Origin: Dendrobates tinctorius
Taxonomy: Eukaryota
DNA: 64,000 bases
NCBI RefSeq assembly: GCF_039654945.1
Contig: NW_027361730.1
Location: forward strand, 1,860,001 to 1,924,000
Reading direction: 5' to 3'
Numbering within the stretch: position 1 is the stretch's first letter; the number at the start of each line of letters is the position of its first letter. Positions 1 through 11,821 of this stretch are shown here, piece by piece. A model generated the notes under the pieces. That model worked only from the letters and a program-made list of their open reading frames with translations, had not been told where the DNA came from and ran no database searches. The translations under genes were made by a program, and so were the position numbers.

Positions 1-878
1 GTCTGCTGAGCCGTGTATCTAATCCTATCCTGTGTGATAGTCTGCTGAGCCATGTATCTAATCCTATCCTGTGTGATAATGTCTGCTAAGCCATGTATCT
101 AATCCTATCCTGTGTGATAGTCTTCTGAGCCGTGTATCTAATCCTGTGTGATACTGTCTGCTGAGCTGTGTATCTAATCCTTTCCTGTGTGATACTGTCT
201 GCTAAGCCATGTATCTAATCCTATCCTGTGTGATAGTCTGCTGAGCCGTGTATCTAATCCTATCCTGTGATAGAGTCTGCTGAGCGGTGCATCTAATCCT
301 ATCCTGTGTGATACTGACTGCTGAGCCGTGTATCTAATCCTATCCTGCGTGATACTGTCTGCTGAGCCATGTATCTAATCCTATCCTGTGTGATACTGTC
401 TGCTGAGCCATGTATCTAATCCCATCCTGTGTGATGCAGTCTGCTGAGCCGTGTATTTAATCTTATCCTGTGTGATACAGTCTGCTGAGCTGTGTATCTA
501 TTCCTATCCTGTGTGATACTGACTACTGAGCCGTGTATCTAATCCTATCCTGTGTGACACTGTCTGCTGAGCTGTGTGTCTAATCCTATCCTGTGTGATA
601 CTGACTGCTGAGCCATGTATCCAATCCTCTCTTGTGTGATACTGACTGCTGAGCCGTGTATCTAATCCTATCCTGTGTGATACTGACTGCTGAGCTATGT
701 ATCTAATCCTATCCAGTGTGATACAGTCTGCTGAGCCGTGTATCTAATCTTATCCTGTGTGATACAGTCTGCTGAGCTGTGTATCTATTCCTATCCTGTG
801 TGATACTGACTACTGAGCCGTGTATCTAATCCTATCCTGTGTGATACTGACTTCTGAGCCGTGTATCTAATCCTATCC
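1..878. repeat. 41-bp minisatellite array (CTGCTGAGCCGTGTATCTAATCCTATCCTGTGTGATACTGA)n, left part
   Basis: About 21 directly adjacent, slightly diverged units; the array runs off the window start and resumes at about 8905 after a CR1/piggyBac insertion. Confidence 0.95.
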
Positions 879-2344
879 TAGAATCATAGAATCGTAGAGT
901 TGGAAGGGACCTCCTGGGCCATCTGGTCCAACCCCCTACTCAAAGCAGGATTCACTAAATCATCCCAGTCAGATGTCTGTCCAGCCTCTGTTTGAAGACT
1001 TCCATTGAAGGAGAACTCACCACTTCTCGTGGCAGCCTGTTCCACTCATTGATCACTCTAACTGTCAAAAAGTTTTTTCTAATATCTAATCTGTGTCTCC
1101 TCCCATTCAGTTTCATCCCATTGCTTCTAGTCTTTCCTTGTGCAAATGAGAATAATGATGCTCATTTTACAATGTGACAGCCCTTTAGATATTTGTAGAC
1201 AGCTATTAAGTCTCCTCTCAGTCTTCTCTTTTGCAAACTAAACATTCCCAAATCCTGCAACCTTTTCTCATATGACATGGTTTGCAGACCGGTCACCATT
1301 CTGGTCGCTCTTTTCTGAACTTGCTCCAGTTTGTTGATGTCTTTTTTAAAATGTGGTGCCCAAAACTGGACACAATATTCCAGATGAGGTCTGACCAAAG
1401 AGGAGTAGAGGGAAATAATGACTTCACGTGATCTAGACTGTATGCTTCTGTTAATACATCCTAGAATTGCATTTGCCTTTTTTGCTGCTGCATCACACTG
1501 TTGACTCATATTCAGTCTGTGATCTATTAGTTTACCCAAGTCTTTTTCACATGTGCTGTTGCTTAGCCCTATTCCTCCCATTCTGTATATGCTTTTTTCA
1601 TTTTTATTGCCCAGATGTAGTACTTTGCATTTTTCCATGTTAAAAACCATTCTGTTAGTTGCTGCCCACGGCTCCAGTTTATTTATATCTTTTTGAATCC
1701 TCTTCTCTAGCCCCTTCACCCCCAAGGGTGGTTTGCACGTTCATGACCAGGCCAATTTTTACAATTCTGACCACTGTCCCTTTATGAGGTTATAACTCTG
1801 GAACGCTTCAACGGATCTAGGCGATTCTGAGAATGTTTTCTCGTGACATATTGTACTTCACTTTAGTGGTAAAAATTTTTCGCTATAACTTGCGTTTATT
1901 TATGAAAAAAACAGAAATATGGCAAAAATTTTGAAAATTTTGCAATTTTCAAACTTTGAATTTGTATGCCCTTAAAACAGAGAAATATGTGACACAAAAT
2001 AGTTACTAAATAACATTTTCCACATGTCTACTTTACATCAGCATAATTTGGGAAACAACATTTTTTTTTGTTAGGAAGTTATAAGGGTTAAAATTTGACA
2101 AGCGATTTCTAATTTTTACAACAAAACTTACAAAACCATTTTTTTTAGGGACCACCTCACATTTGAAGTCACTTTGAGGGGTCTATATGGCAGAAAATAC
2201 CCAAAAGTGACACCATTCTAAAAACTGCACCCCTGAAGCTACTCAAAACTACATTCAAGAAGATTATTAACCCTTCAAGTGCTTCACAGGAGCAGAAGCA
2301 ACGTGAAAGGAAAAAATGAACATTTAACTTTTTAGTCACAAAAA

Positions 2345-4985
2345 TAATATTTTAGCAACAATTTTTTTATTTTCCCAAGGGTAACAGGAGAAATTGGACC
2401 CCAAAAGTTGTTGTCAAATTTGTCCTGAGTACGCTGATACCCAATATATGGGGGGGAACCACTGTTTGGGCACAAGGCAGGGCTCAGAAGGGAAGGAGCC
2501 CCGTTTGACTTTTTCAACCTAAAATTGGCTGGAATTGAGATCGGACGCCATGTCGCGTTTGACGAGTGTCTGATGTGCCTAAACAGTGGAAACCCCCCAC
2601 AAGTGACCCCATTTTGGAAACTAGACCCCCTAAGGAACTTATCTAGATGTGTGGTGACCACTTTGAACCCCCAAGGGCTTCACAGAAGTTTATAACACCC
2701 GGGCGTGAAAATAAAAAATCATATTTTTTCCACAAACATGATCATTTAGTCCCCAATATTTTGTTTTCCCAAGGGTAACAGGAGAAATTGGACCCCAAAG
2801 GTTGTTGTCAAATTTGTCCTGAGTACGCTGATACCCAATATTTGGGGGGGAACCACTGTTTAGGCACATGGCAGAGCTCAGAAGGGAAGGAACCCCGTTT
2901 GACTTTTTCAACCTAACATTGGCTGGAATTGAGATTGGACGCCATGTCACGTTTGATGAGCGTCTGATGTGCCTAAACAGTGGAAACCCCCCACAAGTGA
3001 CCCCATTTTGGAAACTAGACCACCTAAGGAACTTATCTAGATGTGTGGTGACCACTTTGAACCCCCAAGGGCTTCACAGAAGTTTATAACACCCGGGCGT
3101 GAAAATAAAAAATCATATTTTTTCCACAAACATGATCATTTAGTCCCCAATATTTTGTTTTCCCAAGGGTAACAGGAGAAATTGGACCCCAAAGGTTGTT
3201 GTCAAATTTGTCCTGAGTACGCTGATACCCAATATGTGGGGGGGAACCACTGTTTAGGCACATGGCAGGGCTCAGAAGGGAAGGAGCCCCGTTTGACTTT
3301 TTCAACCTAAAATTGGCTGGAATTGAGATTGGACGCCATGTCACGTTTGACGAGCGTCTGATGTGCCTAAACAGTGGAAACCCCCCACAAGTGACCCCAT
3401 TTTGGAAACTAGACCCCCTAAGGAACTTATCTAGATGTGTGGTGAGCACTTTGAACCCCCAAGGGCTTCACAGAAGTTTATAACACCCGGGCGTGAAAAT
3501 ATAAAATCCTGTTTTGTTCCCACATAAATGATCATTTAGTCCCCAATTTTTAATTTTCTCAAGAGTAACAGGAGAAATTGGACCCCAAAAGTTGTTGTCC
3601 AATTTGTCCTGAGTACCCTGATACCCCACATGTGGGAGAAAACTACTGTTTGGGCACACGTCAGGGCTCGAAAGGGAAGTAATGACGTTTTGGAAAGCAG
3701 ACTTTGATGGAATGGTCTGCGGGCATCATGTTCCATTTGCAGAGCCCTTGATGTTCCTAAACAGTAGAAACCCCCCATAAGTGACCACATTTTGGAAACT
3801 AGACCCCCTAAGGAACTTATCTAGATGTGTGGTGAGCACTTTGAACCCCCAAGTGTTTCACTAAAGATTATAATGCCCAGGCGTGAAAATATAAAATCCT
3901 GTTTTGTTCCCACATAAATGATCATTTAGTCCCCAATTTTTAATTTTCCCAAGAGTAACAGGAGAAATTGGACCCCGAAAGTTGTTGTCCAATTTGTCCT
4001 GAGTACCCTGATACCCCACATGTGGGAGAAAACTACTGTTTGGGCACACGTCAGGGATCGAAAGGGAAGTAATGACGTTTTGGAAAGCAGACTTTGATGG
4101 AATGGTCTGCGGGCGTCATGTTCCATTTGCAGAGCCCTTGATGTTCCTAAACAGTAGAAACCCCCCATAAGTGACCCCATTTTGGAAACTAGACCCCCTA
4201 AAGAACTTATCTAGATGTGTGGTGAGCACTTTGAACCCCAAAGTGTTTCACTAAAGATTATAATGCCCAGGCGTGAAAATATAAAATCCTGTTTTGTTCC
4301 CACATAAATGATCATTTAGTCCCCAATTTTTAATTTTCTCAAGAGTAACAGGAGAAATTGGACCCCAAAAGTTGTTGTCCAATTTGTCCTGAGTACCCTG
4401 ATACCCCACATGTGGGAGAAAACTACTGTTTGGGCACACGTCAGGGCTCGAAAGGGAAGTAATGACGTTTTGGAAAGCAGACTTTGATGGAATGGTCTGC
4501 GGGCGTCATGTTCCATTTGCAGAGCCCTTGATGTTCCTAAACAGTAGAAACCCCCCATAAGTGACCACATTTTGGAAACTAGACCCCCTAAGGAACTTAT
4601 CTAGATGTGTGGTGAGCACTTTGAACCCCCAAGTGTTTCACTAAAGATTATAATGCCCAGGTGTGAAAATATAAAATCCTGTTTTGTTCCCACATAAATG
4701 ATCATTTAGTCCCCAATTTTTAATTTTCCCAAGAGTAACAGGAGAAATTAGACCCCAAAAGTCGTTGTCCAATTTGTCCTGGGTACTCTGGTACCCCACA
4801 TGTGGGAAAAAAACTGTTTAGGCACACGTTGGGGCTCGAAAGGGAAGTAGTGTTGTTTTGGAATGCAGATGGTCTGCTGGCGTCATGTTCCATTTGCAGA
4901 GTCCCTGATGTGCCTAAACAGGAAAAAACCCCACATATGACATTATTTTGGATACTAGACCCCCAATGAACAAATCTAGATGTGC
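2345..4985. repeat. Internal tandem array of about 390-394-bp units in two subtypes inside the piggyBac element
   Basis: Repeated ORFs at a 394-bp period (2690/3084, 2868/3262) and then a 390-bp period (3861/4251, 3926/4316); about 3 units of type A followed by about 4 of type B. Confidence 0.92.
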
Positions 4986-5006
4986 CCCCAACTAATCTAA
5001 TGTAAA

Positions 5007-6760
5007 TTAGTAGTGCATGGAGGTGTGGTACAATTTGAAGCAATCCTTCATGCACAGGCCAGGTTTTTCGGGGCAGGTGTCGCACTGGTAAATGGTGTCC
5101 CTGCGTATTCCTTTTTTGTAACACACTCAACACCTTTTTTGCGGCTTACCTTTTCTTTGGGTTGGCGGGACCACCCCCGGAAAATGCTGACCTGGGACAA
5201 TAGGAGCACCTTCAGTTCCTGAAGTACTGGGGCCCGCTCCTTCCTGAGCGCCAAACATCATGGCCTTAACCACTACCTCCTGGAAATGAAGGTACGACGT
5301 ATCGCTGGGCATGCACATTGTGACAGCAGGAATGCGTTGAGCATTGCCATTTGGACGATGTGCACGGCCAGCTTTTTGTACCACACCTTGGCCTTCCTCA
5401 ATGCATTGTACGGTTGGAGGAGTTGATCGGAGAGATCAACTCCCCCCATTTTTTTGTTGTACCCCACTACACATGTCGGTTTGAGGACCTGTGTAGAGGT
5501 ACCCCGTACAGTGCAGAGGGTACTGCCATCACCGTGTATGGTGGTCAAGAGATGGACATCTCTCTTGTCCTTGTACTTGACCACCAGCAGGTGGTCGCTA
5601 CATTGGGCTCTGCTCTCACCTTTTCGGAGCATCTGCCCAAGTAGCGTCTTCGGGAGGCCTCTCTGATTTTTGCGGACAGTACCACAGGCTGCGGTACGTC
5701 GCTCAGAGAGGGATTTGTAGAGTGGGATGCTGGTATAAAAGTTATCAGTGTAGAGGTGATAACCTTTATCCAGCAGTGTGTGCACCAAATCCCACACAAT
5801 TTTCCAACTCACTCCCAGGAAAGGAGGACACTCAGGGGGTTCAATCCGGGTGTCCTTCCCTTCGTAAACTCTAAACTTGTGGGTGTACCCTGAGGTACTC
5901 TCACACAACTTATAGAGTTTGATTCTGTACCTGGCCCTCTTACTGGGCAGGTATTGACGGAATCGCAGCCTTCCCTTGAAGTGAACCAAGGACTTATCCA
6001 CGCAGATGTCCCTTTGGGGCACGTACACTTCAGCAAACTTTTTGTTGAAGTGTTCGATGACCGGCCGAACTTTGAACAGACGGTCAAAGTTGGGGTCATC
6101 TTGTGCGGGACACTCTGCATTATCAGTATAATGCAGAAACTTGTGGATGGCCTCAAAACGCGTCCGGGCCATGACCATTCGGAACACTGGAGTGTTGTAT
6201 AAAATATCAACACTCCAATATTGCCGAATTTCCGGCTTCTTCAGTATCCCCATATGGAGGACCAGGCCCCAAAACTGCGTCATTTCAACTGCGTCTACAG
6301 GAGACCAGTTTGAAAATGTTGAACGCGGGTTTTGCTCCAAAAATTGACGAGCGTACAAATTAGTTTGCTCCACCATGAGGTTAACAAAATCCTCAGAGAA
6401 AAAGATTTTGAAAAAGTCAATTTCTGTGAGGCCGGTGGTGTCAAACTTGATTCCTGATTCTGCCACAAAATCAGGAATCAGTGGCTCGTAATTTTCGGGG
6501 GGCGAGGTCCATACGGGGAGCACTGGGTCAGCTGCGGGCATGGTGGGCGCTGCCTCATCTTCTGTCCTGGAGCGTCTGCGTGGCGGTTCCGCAGGACCCG
6601 AGGAGGAAGATGAGGAGGGGGAAGAGGAAGAAGAAGAGGATGAAGAATCCGAAAAATAAAGAAAAGTCGGATCGTCATCCAAATCGCTATCAGTTTCGGA
6701 GGCAAGTAAAGCATATGCCTCCTCCACTGAATAGCGCTGTTGGGATGAATTTGATGACAT
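5007..6760 (-). pseudogene. piggyBac (PGBD4-like) transposase with a C-terminal frameshift and a nonsense codon
   Basis: ORF 5273-6760 has DDD motifs (ICVDKSL, YTDNFYTS, GGVDLSDQ). The C-terminus continues in another frame near 5300 (YLHFQEVVVK...KPQKRC*VCYKKGIRRDTIYQCDTCPEKPGLCMKDCFKLYH), with TGA at 5127-5129 inside the Cys-rich domain and the natural stop at 5007-5009. Confidence 0.92.
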
Positions 6761-6999
6761 TTTTGTGTAAATATGGTGCTTGGGTGTACACTTTATTGAA
6801 AACTGTATGTGTACGTGAGGGGGGGGAGTGATTGGTGTAAACTTTCTGTAAAGAAAAAGCTGTGGAAAAAAAGTCTAAAACAGCAGGCCCTAGCTGATAA
6901 GTGTCACTTATCAAAACTAGGCTGCTGGATGTGCGCACGGGGTGGCGCAAGGGGGGGGGTGGAAAAAAAAAGAAAAGGAAAATGGCAAACTCTGATAAG

Positions 7000-7480
7000 T
7001 GAACTGTGTCACTTATCCAAGTTTCGCAGCTGCGGGATGTGTGTACGGAGGGGCTAAGGAAAAAAAAGCGAGCTCAAGTGTTGATCGGTGAACTGCGTCA
7101 CCAATCAACGCTCGGCGGCTGCGCACGGAGGTGGCGCAAAAGTGGGGTGGAGGGGGGTAAAAATAGGGGGAAGGGGGATGGGGGGATTGGGGTGGATGAA
7201 GAGAGATTGGGCAGGGATCAACAGTTAGGGTTGTAGTTAGGTGGCACAAAGGGGGGTGAAAAAAATGAAAAGCGGCAGGCACAAGCTTGGATAAGTGACG
7301 TGTGTCACTTATCCAACTTTTGCGGCTGCGGGATGTGTGTACGGAAGTGGCGCAAAGGGGGCTAAGGAAAAAAAAGCGAGCTCAAGTGTTGATCGGTGAA
7401 CTGCGTCACCAATCAACGCTCGCCGGCTGCGCACGGAGGTGGCGCAAAAGTGGGGTGGAGGGGGGTAAGAGGGGGCGTGG
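7000..7480. repeat. About 296-bp direct duplication upstream of the transposase within the piggyBac element
   Basis: ORFs at 7006 and 7302 encode near-identical peptides; GATAAGTG..CACTTATC mini-palindromes recur. Confidence 0.8.
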
Positions 7481-8904
7481 AGGGGGGATGGGGGGATGAA
7501 GATAGATTGGGGGGGTGAAGATAGATTGGGCAGGGGATCAGGGATCAATTAACACTTACAATTGTAGTTTTCTTTCTTCTGCAGGGATTGTGATGCTACA
7601 AGCTGTGGCACCACAATACCCAGCACAGGAGCTCTTGCTGCGTCCGACCTCTCTGCAGGAATCCTCAGCTAGAGTGAGGACCCCTGCAGACAGGTCAGAC
7701 AGGTCAGAGGCAGGTCAGGGGGCAGGTCACAGAGCGGTCACATCGCTGCTGTGACCTGTCATTGGTGGGATCGAATGATTACATCGATCCCACCAATCCC
7801 TGATCTGCCTGGTGACCATGGCAACTGCCTAGAATCAGAGCTCACAGCTCCGATTACTAGGCAGGTCATGCCCAGGTCACCAGCAGGGCACAGAGCGGTC
7901 ACATGGTGACCGTAGCTGTGCCCTGTGGTTGGCGCGATCGCCGATCTAATTGATCGTGCCAGCCAACTCCTGCAGACCCTGCTGGGCCTGCATCAGGCTC
8001 CAGCACGATCGGTGCTAATATAGCACCGATCTTGGCCGGCACTGGCAGGGCACAGCGGCGATATAGCGCCGCTGTGCACTGCGATTGGCGCGATCGATCA
8101 GATCGGCGATCGCGCCAATCCGGGTGCTTTTTGCGGGTGCCTGGCGTTGCCAGGCACCGGCTCTAGGATCGAGTACATCGGTACTCGATCCCAGCCTAGG
8201 ACATCATTGTTTCAGCCAAGCTGATTGGCTGAAACAATGAGAAACGCTGCGATTGGCTGTTCAGAATTGAACAGCCAATCACAGCGCTCTGGATGCCGGG
8301 GGGGCGGGATCGCAGCCCGGGATGCCGACGCCATATTTTCTAAGGTGAGATGGCGTCGGAATTTTAATGCGATCACCGCAAGTTTAGTCGCGGTATCGCA
8401 TTAAAGGGCCCGACGTACTATCCCGTCCACGGTCATACGGGCCCGGGTACCGTGGACGGGATAGTACGTCGGATGGCAGAAAGGGGCTAGTATTAGCTAT
8501 CCCTCCTAGCTTTGTGTAATCAGCAAATTTAATCAGTTTACCCTCAATTCCTTCATCTAAATCGTTGATAAAGATGTTGAACAATACAGGGCCCAGGACA
8601 GAGCGCTGTGGTACCCCACTTGAGACATTCTTCCAACTGGATGTGCAGCCATTTACGACCACTCTTTGGGTCCGATCACTAAGCCAGTTATGAATGCACC
8701 TAACAGTTGCCTTGTCCATTCCATACTTAGTCATTTTTTCAATACGGATTGTGTGAGATACTTTGTCAAATGCTTTGCTGAAGTCAAGATATACTATATC
8801 TACAGCATTTCCTTGATCCACCCAATCAGTGATTCCGTCATAGAAGGAAATTAAGTTAGTCTGACATGACTTATTAGTTACAAACCCATGCTGACTCTGT
8901 TTAA

Positions 8905-9610
8905 TCCTGTGTGATTCTGACTGCTGAGCCGTGTATCTAATCCTATCCTGTGTGATACTGACTGCTGACCTGTGTATCTATTCCTATCCTGTGTGATACT
9001 GACTGCTGAGCCGTGTATCTAATCCTATCCTGTGTGATACAGTCTGCTGAGCCGTGTATCTCATCCTATCCTGTGTGATACAGTCTGCTGAGCCATGTAT
9101 CTAATCCTATCCTGTGTGATACTGACTACTGAGCCGTGTATCTAATCCTATCCTGTGTGATACAGTCTGCTGAGCCATGTATCTAATCCTATCCTGTGTG
9201 ATACTGACTACTGAGCCGTGTATCTAATCCTATCCTGTGTGATACAGTCTGCTGAGCCGTGTATCTAATCCTATCCTGTGAGATACTGACTGCTGAGCTG
9301 TGCATCTAATCCTATGCTGTGTGATACTGACTGCTGAGCCGTGTATCTAATCCTATCCTGTGTGTTACTGACTGCTGAGCCATGTGTCTAATCCTCTCCT
9401 GTGTGATACTGACTGCTGAGCTGTGTATCTAATCCTATCCTGTGTGATACTGACTGCTGAGCCGTGTATCTAATCCTATCCTGTGTGATACTGACTGCTG
9501 AGCCATGTGTCTAATCCTATCCTGTGTGATACTGCTGAGCTGTGTATCTAATCCTATCCTGTGTGATGCTGACTGCTGAGCCGTGTATCTAATCCTATCC
9601 TGTGTGATCC
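8905..9610. repeat. 41-bp minisatellite array, right part
   Basis: Same unit as 1-878, about 17 copies. Confidence 0.95.
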
Positions 9611-10076
9611 TGGGCTCCCCCTGCAGTCTGTATCAGGGGGTGGTCTGTGTTGGCACAGTAATAAATTGTGTAATTTCTAGCTTTACAGAAGGACAATAAC
9701 ACCATAGAATAATAGGCCTCAGTTACCACAACTGTCTACAATGAAAACTGTTGCTCATAGAAACCAATCACAGCTCAGCATCTTTTAAACAGCTCTGGTG
9801 AAATTAAAGATGCTTAGTGATTGGTTGCTCTGTGGAGTGGGCGTGGCTGATACACACACACACATACACTCACACACACACATACACTCACTCATTTTTA
9901 TATATAGATTATGGCTGAAATTTGCGACATCGTGCGTTCTGTCCGTCATCTCATTCTTCAAAAGTTTGGAGTTATGGGATTGATCAGCATGAATCGCCTG
10001 AAAGGTTCTATTTGAAAAATATTTCTGTTGTACTACAGGCTATCCCCTCTATCTATGCTGTGTACATGATCTCTTC

Positions 10077-10090
10077 TGACATCTAGTGGC
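10077..10090. promoter_or_regulatory. Candidate CTCF site
   Basis: TGACATCTAGTGGC resembles the CTCF core TGCCATCTAGTGG with one mismatch; motif match only. Confidence 0.35.
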
Positions 10091-10118
10091 AAAAACTGGA
10101 TTTACAATATGTTTACTA

Positions 10119-10186
10119 GGAAAAGTGAAACTAATTGTTATCAGTAGAGAAATGAAACTAAACTGTCAAAGCTATGACTCCGGAAG
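10119..10186 (+). promoter_or_regulatory. Tandem ISRE/IRF elements plus an ETS site; putative interferon-inducible promoter of the IgV-TM-NLR gene
   Basis: GGAAAAGTGAAACT (10119-10132, IRF1/2 consensus) and GAAATGAAACT (10149-10159, ISRE-type) 30 bp apart, then CCGGAAG (10180-10186), in non-repetitive sequence just before a strong splice donor. Confidence 0.65.
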
Positions 10187-10209
10187 CCGTGCAAATTGCA
10201 AAACTAATG
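10187..10209 (+). other. Putative exon 1 ending in an ATG codon (5' boundary unknown)
   Basis: ATG|GTGAGT donor at 10207-10215; the ATG joins in frame and stop-free to exon 28348 (MTIRRNQHSLTLKNLYMKLF...). Confidence 0.5.
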
Positions 10210-10629
10210 GTGAGTAACATTCTTATTAGGCTGCATGCTCAAAAATAACCCCTTTACGGCGATGTTATGAGCGGCATCCACCAGTAAGCTGTACAGCAAA
10301 AAGTGAGGCTAAGGAAGGCCATATTTATGTGGTATAAGCAGCCTCGGCTGTGCCTGTCATCTCACCACCACCCTTCCACCTGCTTCGGGTTATGTTTGTA
10401 TATGTGCAGGTCTACCTCAGCAGATTTTGGTGTCAGATTTACTGAAGTTGTTGCTGTGTTTTTCTACATATACCCCTTTTGCTTATGAAACCTCAGATGA
10501 GTGGCTACAAAGGGGATGCCTCTTTGCCTGCCTCAGTGGTCTGCCAGATTGCCTGCTCCTACTGATGCCTCCTATTACATCCCAATAGATATTACCCTTA
10601 CTAATTGGTGGGCAATAAAATCTCACAAT

Positions 10630-10815
10630 CAGTGGCGTAACTACAAAGTTATGGGCCCCAGTGCAAACTTTAAAATGGGGCCCGCCCATGCCAAAATACA
10701 CGCACATCTCTGCTCCGTACACCTCGTACATGCACGGCTCCGCTCCGTACACCTCGTACATGCGTGGCTCTGCTCCGTACACACACGGCTCCGCTCTGTA
10801 CACCCCGTACACACA
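10630..10815. mobile_element. hAT-like non-autonomous element fragment with a CTCCGTACAC minisatellite
   Basis: CAGTGGCGTAACTAC terminus followed by short tandem units. Confidence 0.5.
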
Positions 10816-10829
10816 CTTACAATTATTAT

Positions 10830-11791
10830 AACATTTAGTAAGTGAAAACAAGGTATAAAAAATGCATTTATAATGCCCCCGTTTCTATGCTAATGAGGGC
10901 TTTGACTAGTTGCTGTGGTGTTAGTTGCCCCAGACTAGTCAGCCATTTTATCACGGCCACAGTGGGCGTGATAACATAATTTGCAAGAGCAGAAGCTATT
11001 TTGTAAACTTTAGGACATGTGCACTGCGCGCCTCTTAAGGCTAGTTTCACATTAGTGCTTTTGAGCGCAGCGACGGCCCGCGCACGGCCGCCGCTAAGCT
11101 CCGCCCCCTGCCGCGCCTCCGGCGGTAGCTCAGCCTACCGGCGCATGACGCTGCATGCGTCCCCTATCTTTATCACTGGGGGCGCAGGCTGTGCGCAGTA
11201 TGCGTTTGGCGGAGCATGCGTCCTTTTGATGGTACGCCGACCAGCACCAAACGCAACCTGTTGCAGTTTGGTTGCGCTCGGCGCACCGTGAAAACGACGC
11301 ATGTGCCGCCAAACGCATACTGCGCACGGCCTGCGCCCCCAGTGATATAGGGGACACATGCATCGTCATGCGCCGGTAGGCGGAGCTACTGGCGGAGGCG
11401 CGGCAGGGGGCGGGGCTTAGCGGCGGCCGTGCGCGGGCCGTCACTGCGCTCAAAAGCGCTAATGTGAAACTAGCCTAAGCCGGGAAGCGTGCATCCAGCT
11501 TCAGAGACACAGTGACGCTGCCGGAATGAGCGGTGTGCATGCGCTTGATTTGCATGAGCAGCGATTACACCACTTGTGCAAATTATGTTATCATGCCCAC
11601 AGGAGTGTAATGGAAAGAGGGCTGACTAGTCAAAGCCCTCATTAGCATAGGAAAAGCAGAGGTTAAAAATGCTTTTTTTATACCTTATTTTCACTTAATA
11701 ACATTATACAGGGCTGGTTAGGCAGGGAGTTTGCTCACACATAGGTGAATGCTGTTGGGTTGGAGGGCTTGGGGGACCAGGCAGGTTCCCT
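10830..11791. mobile_element. T2/Kolobok-like palindromic MITE (left end eroded) hosting a Harbinger-like MITE
   Basis: Inverted arms ATGCTAATGAGGGCTTTGACTAGT / ACTAGTCAAAGCCCTCATTAGCAT; right end CAGGTTCCCT-TTAA. Confidence 0.55.
11039..11475. mobile_element. Harbinger-like palindromic MITE
   Basis: TIR GGCTAGTTTCACATTAG, TAA duplication on both sides, near-perfect whole-element hairpin. Confidence 0.85.
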
Positions 11792-11821
11792 TTAAGAAAT
11801 TTGGCTATCTACCCTCTGTAA

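Larger units (their letters stand above)
1711..8486 (-). mobile_element. piggyBac-superfamily DNA transposon, full-length but transposase disrupted
   Basis: Termini CCCCTT...AAGGGG; 4-bp duplication CTAG at 1707-1710 and 8487-8490; internal piggyBac transposase ORF. Confidence 0.92.
879..8904 (-). mobile_element. 5'-truncated CR1 LINE (RT C-terminal half and 3' tail), split by a piggyBac insertion
   Basis: (TTCTATGA)-type 3' tail read as tagaatcatagaatc at 879-900. ORFs 1162-1725 (KCKVLHLG, LVRPHLEYCVQFW) and 8384-8821 ([41 protein letters not shown]) are CR1 RT and join across the insertion at GGIANT. Confidence 0.93.

Noticed and set aside
1-878. Regular short repeats resembling a CRISPR array
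   Set aside because: Units are directly adjacent with no unique spacers, there are no cas genes, and the context is vertebrate; it is a minisatellite.
2332-4570. Series of near-identical 60-120 aa ORFs as a tandem gene family
   Set aside because: They are chance translations of the 390-bp repeat units, on both strands, with no domain motifs.
9750-9830. Inverted CCAAT boxes as promoter elements
   Set aside because: They are the arms of a short degenerate inverted repeat (AACCAATCAC..GTGATTGGTT) that looks like a MITE remnant.
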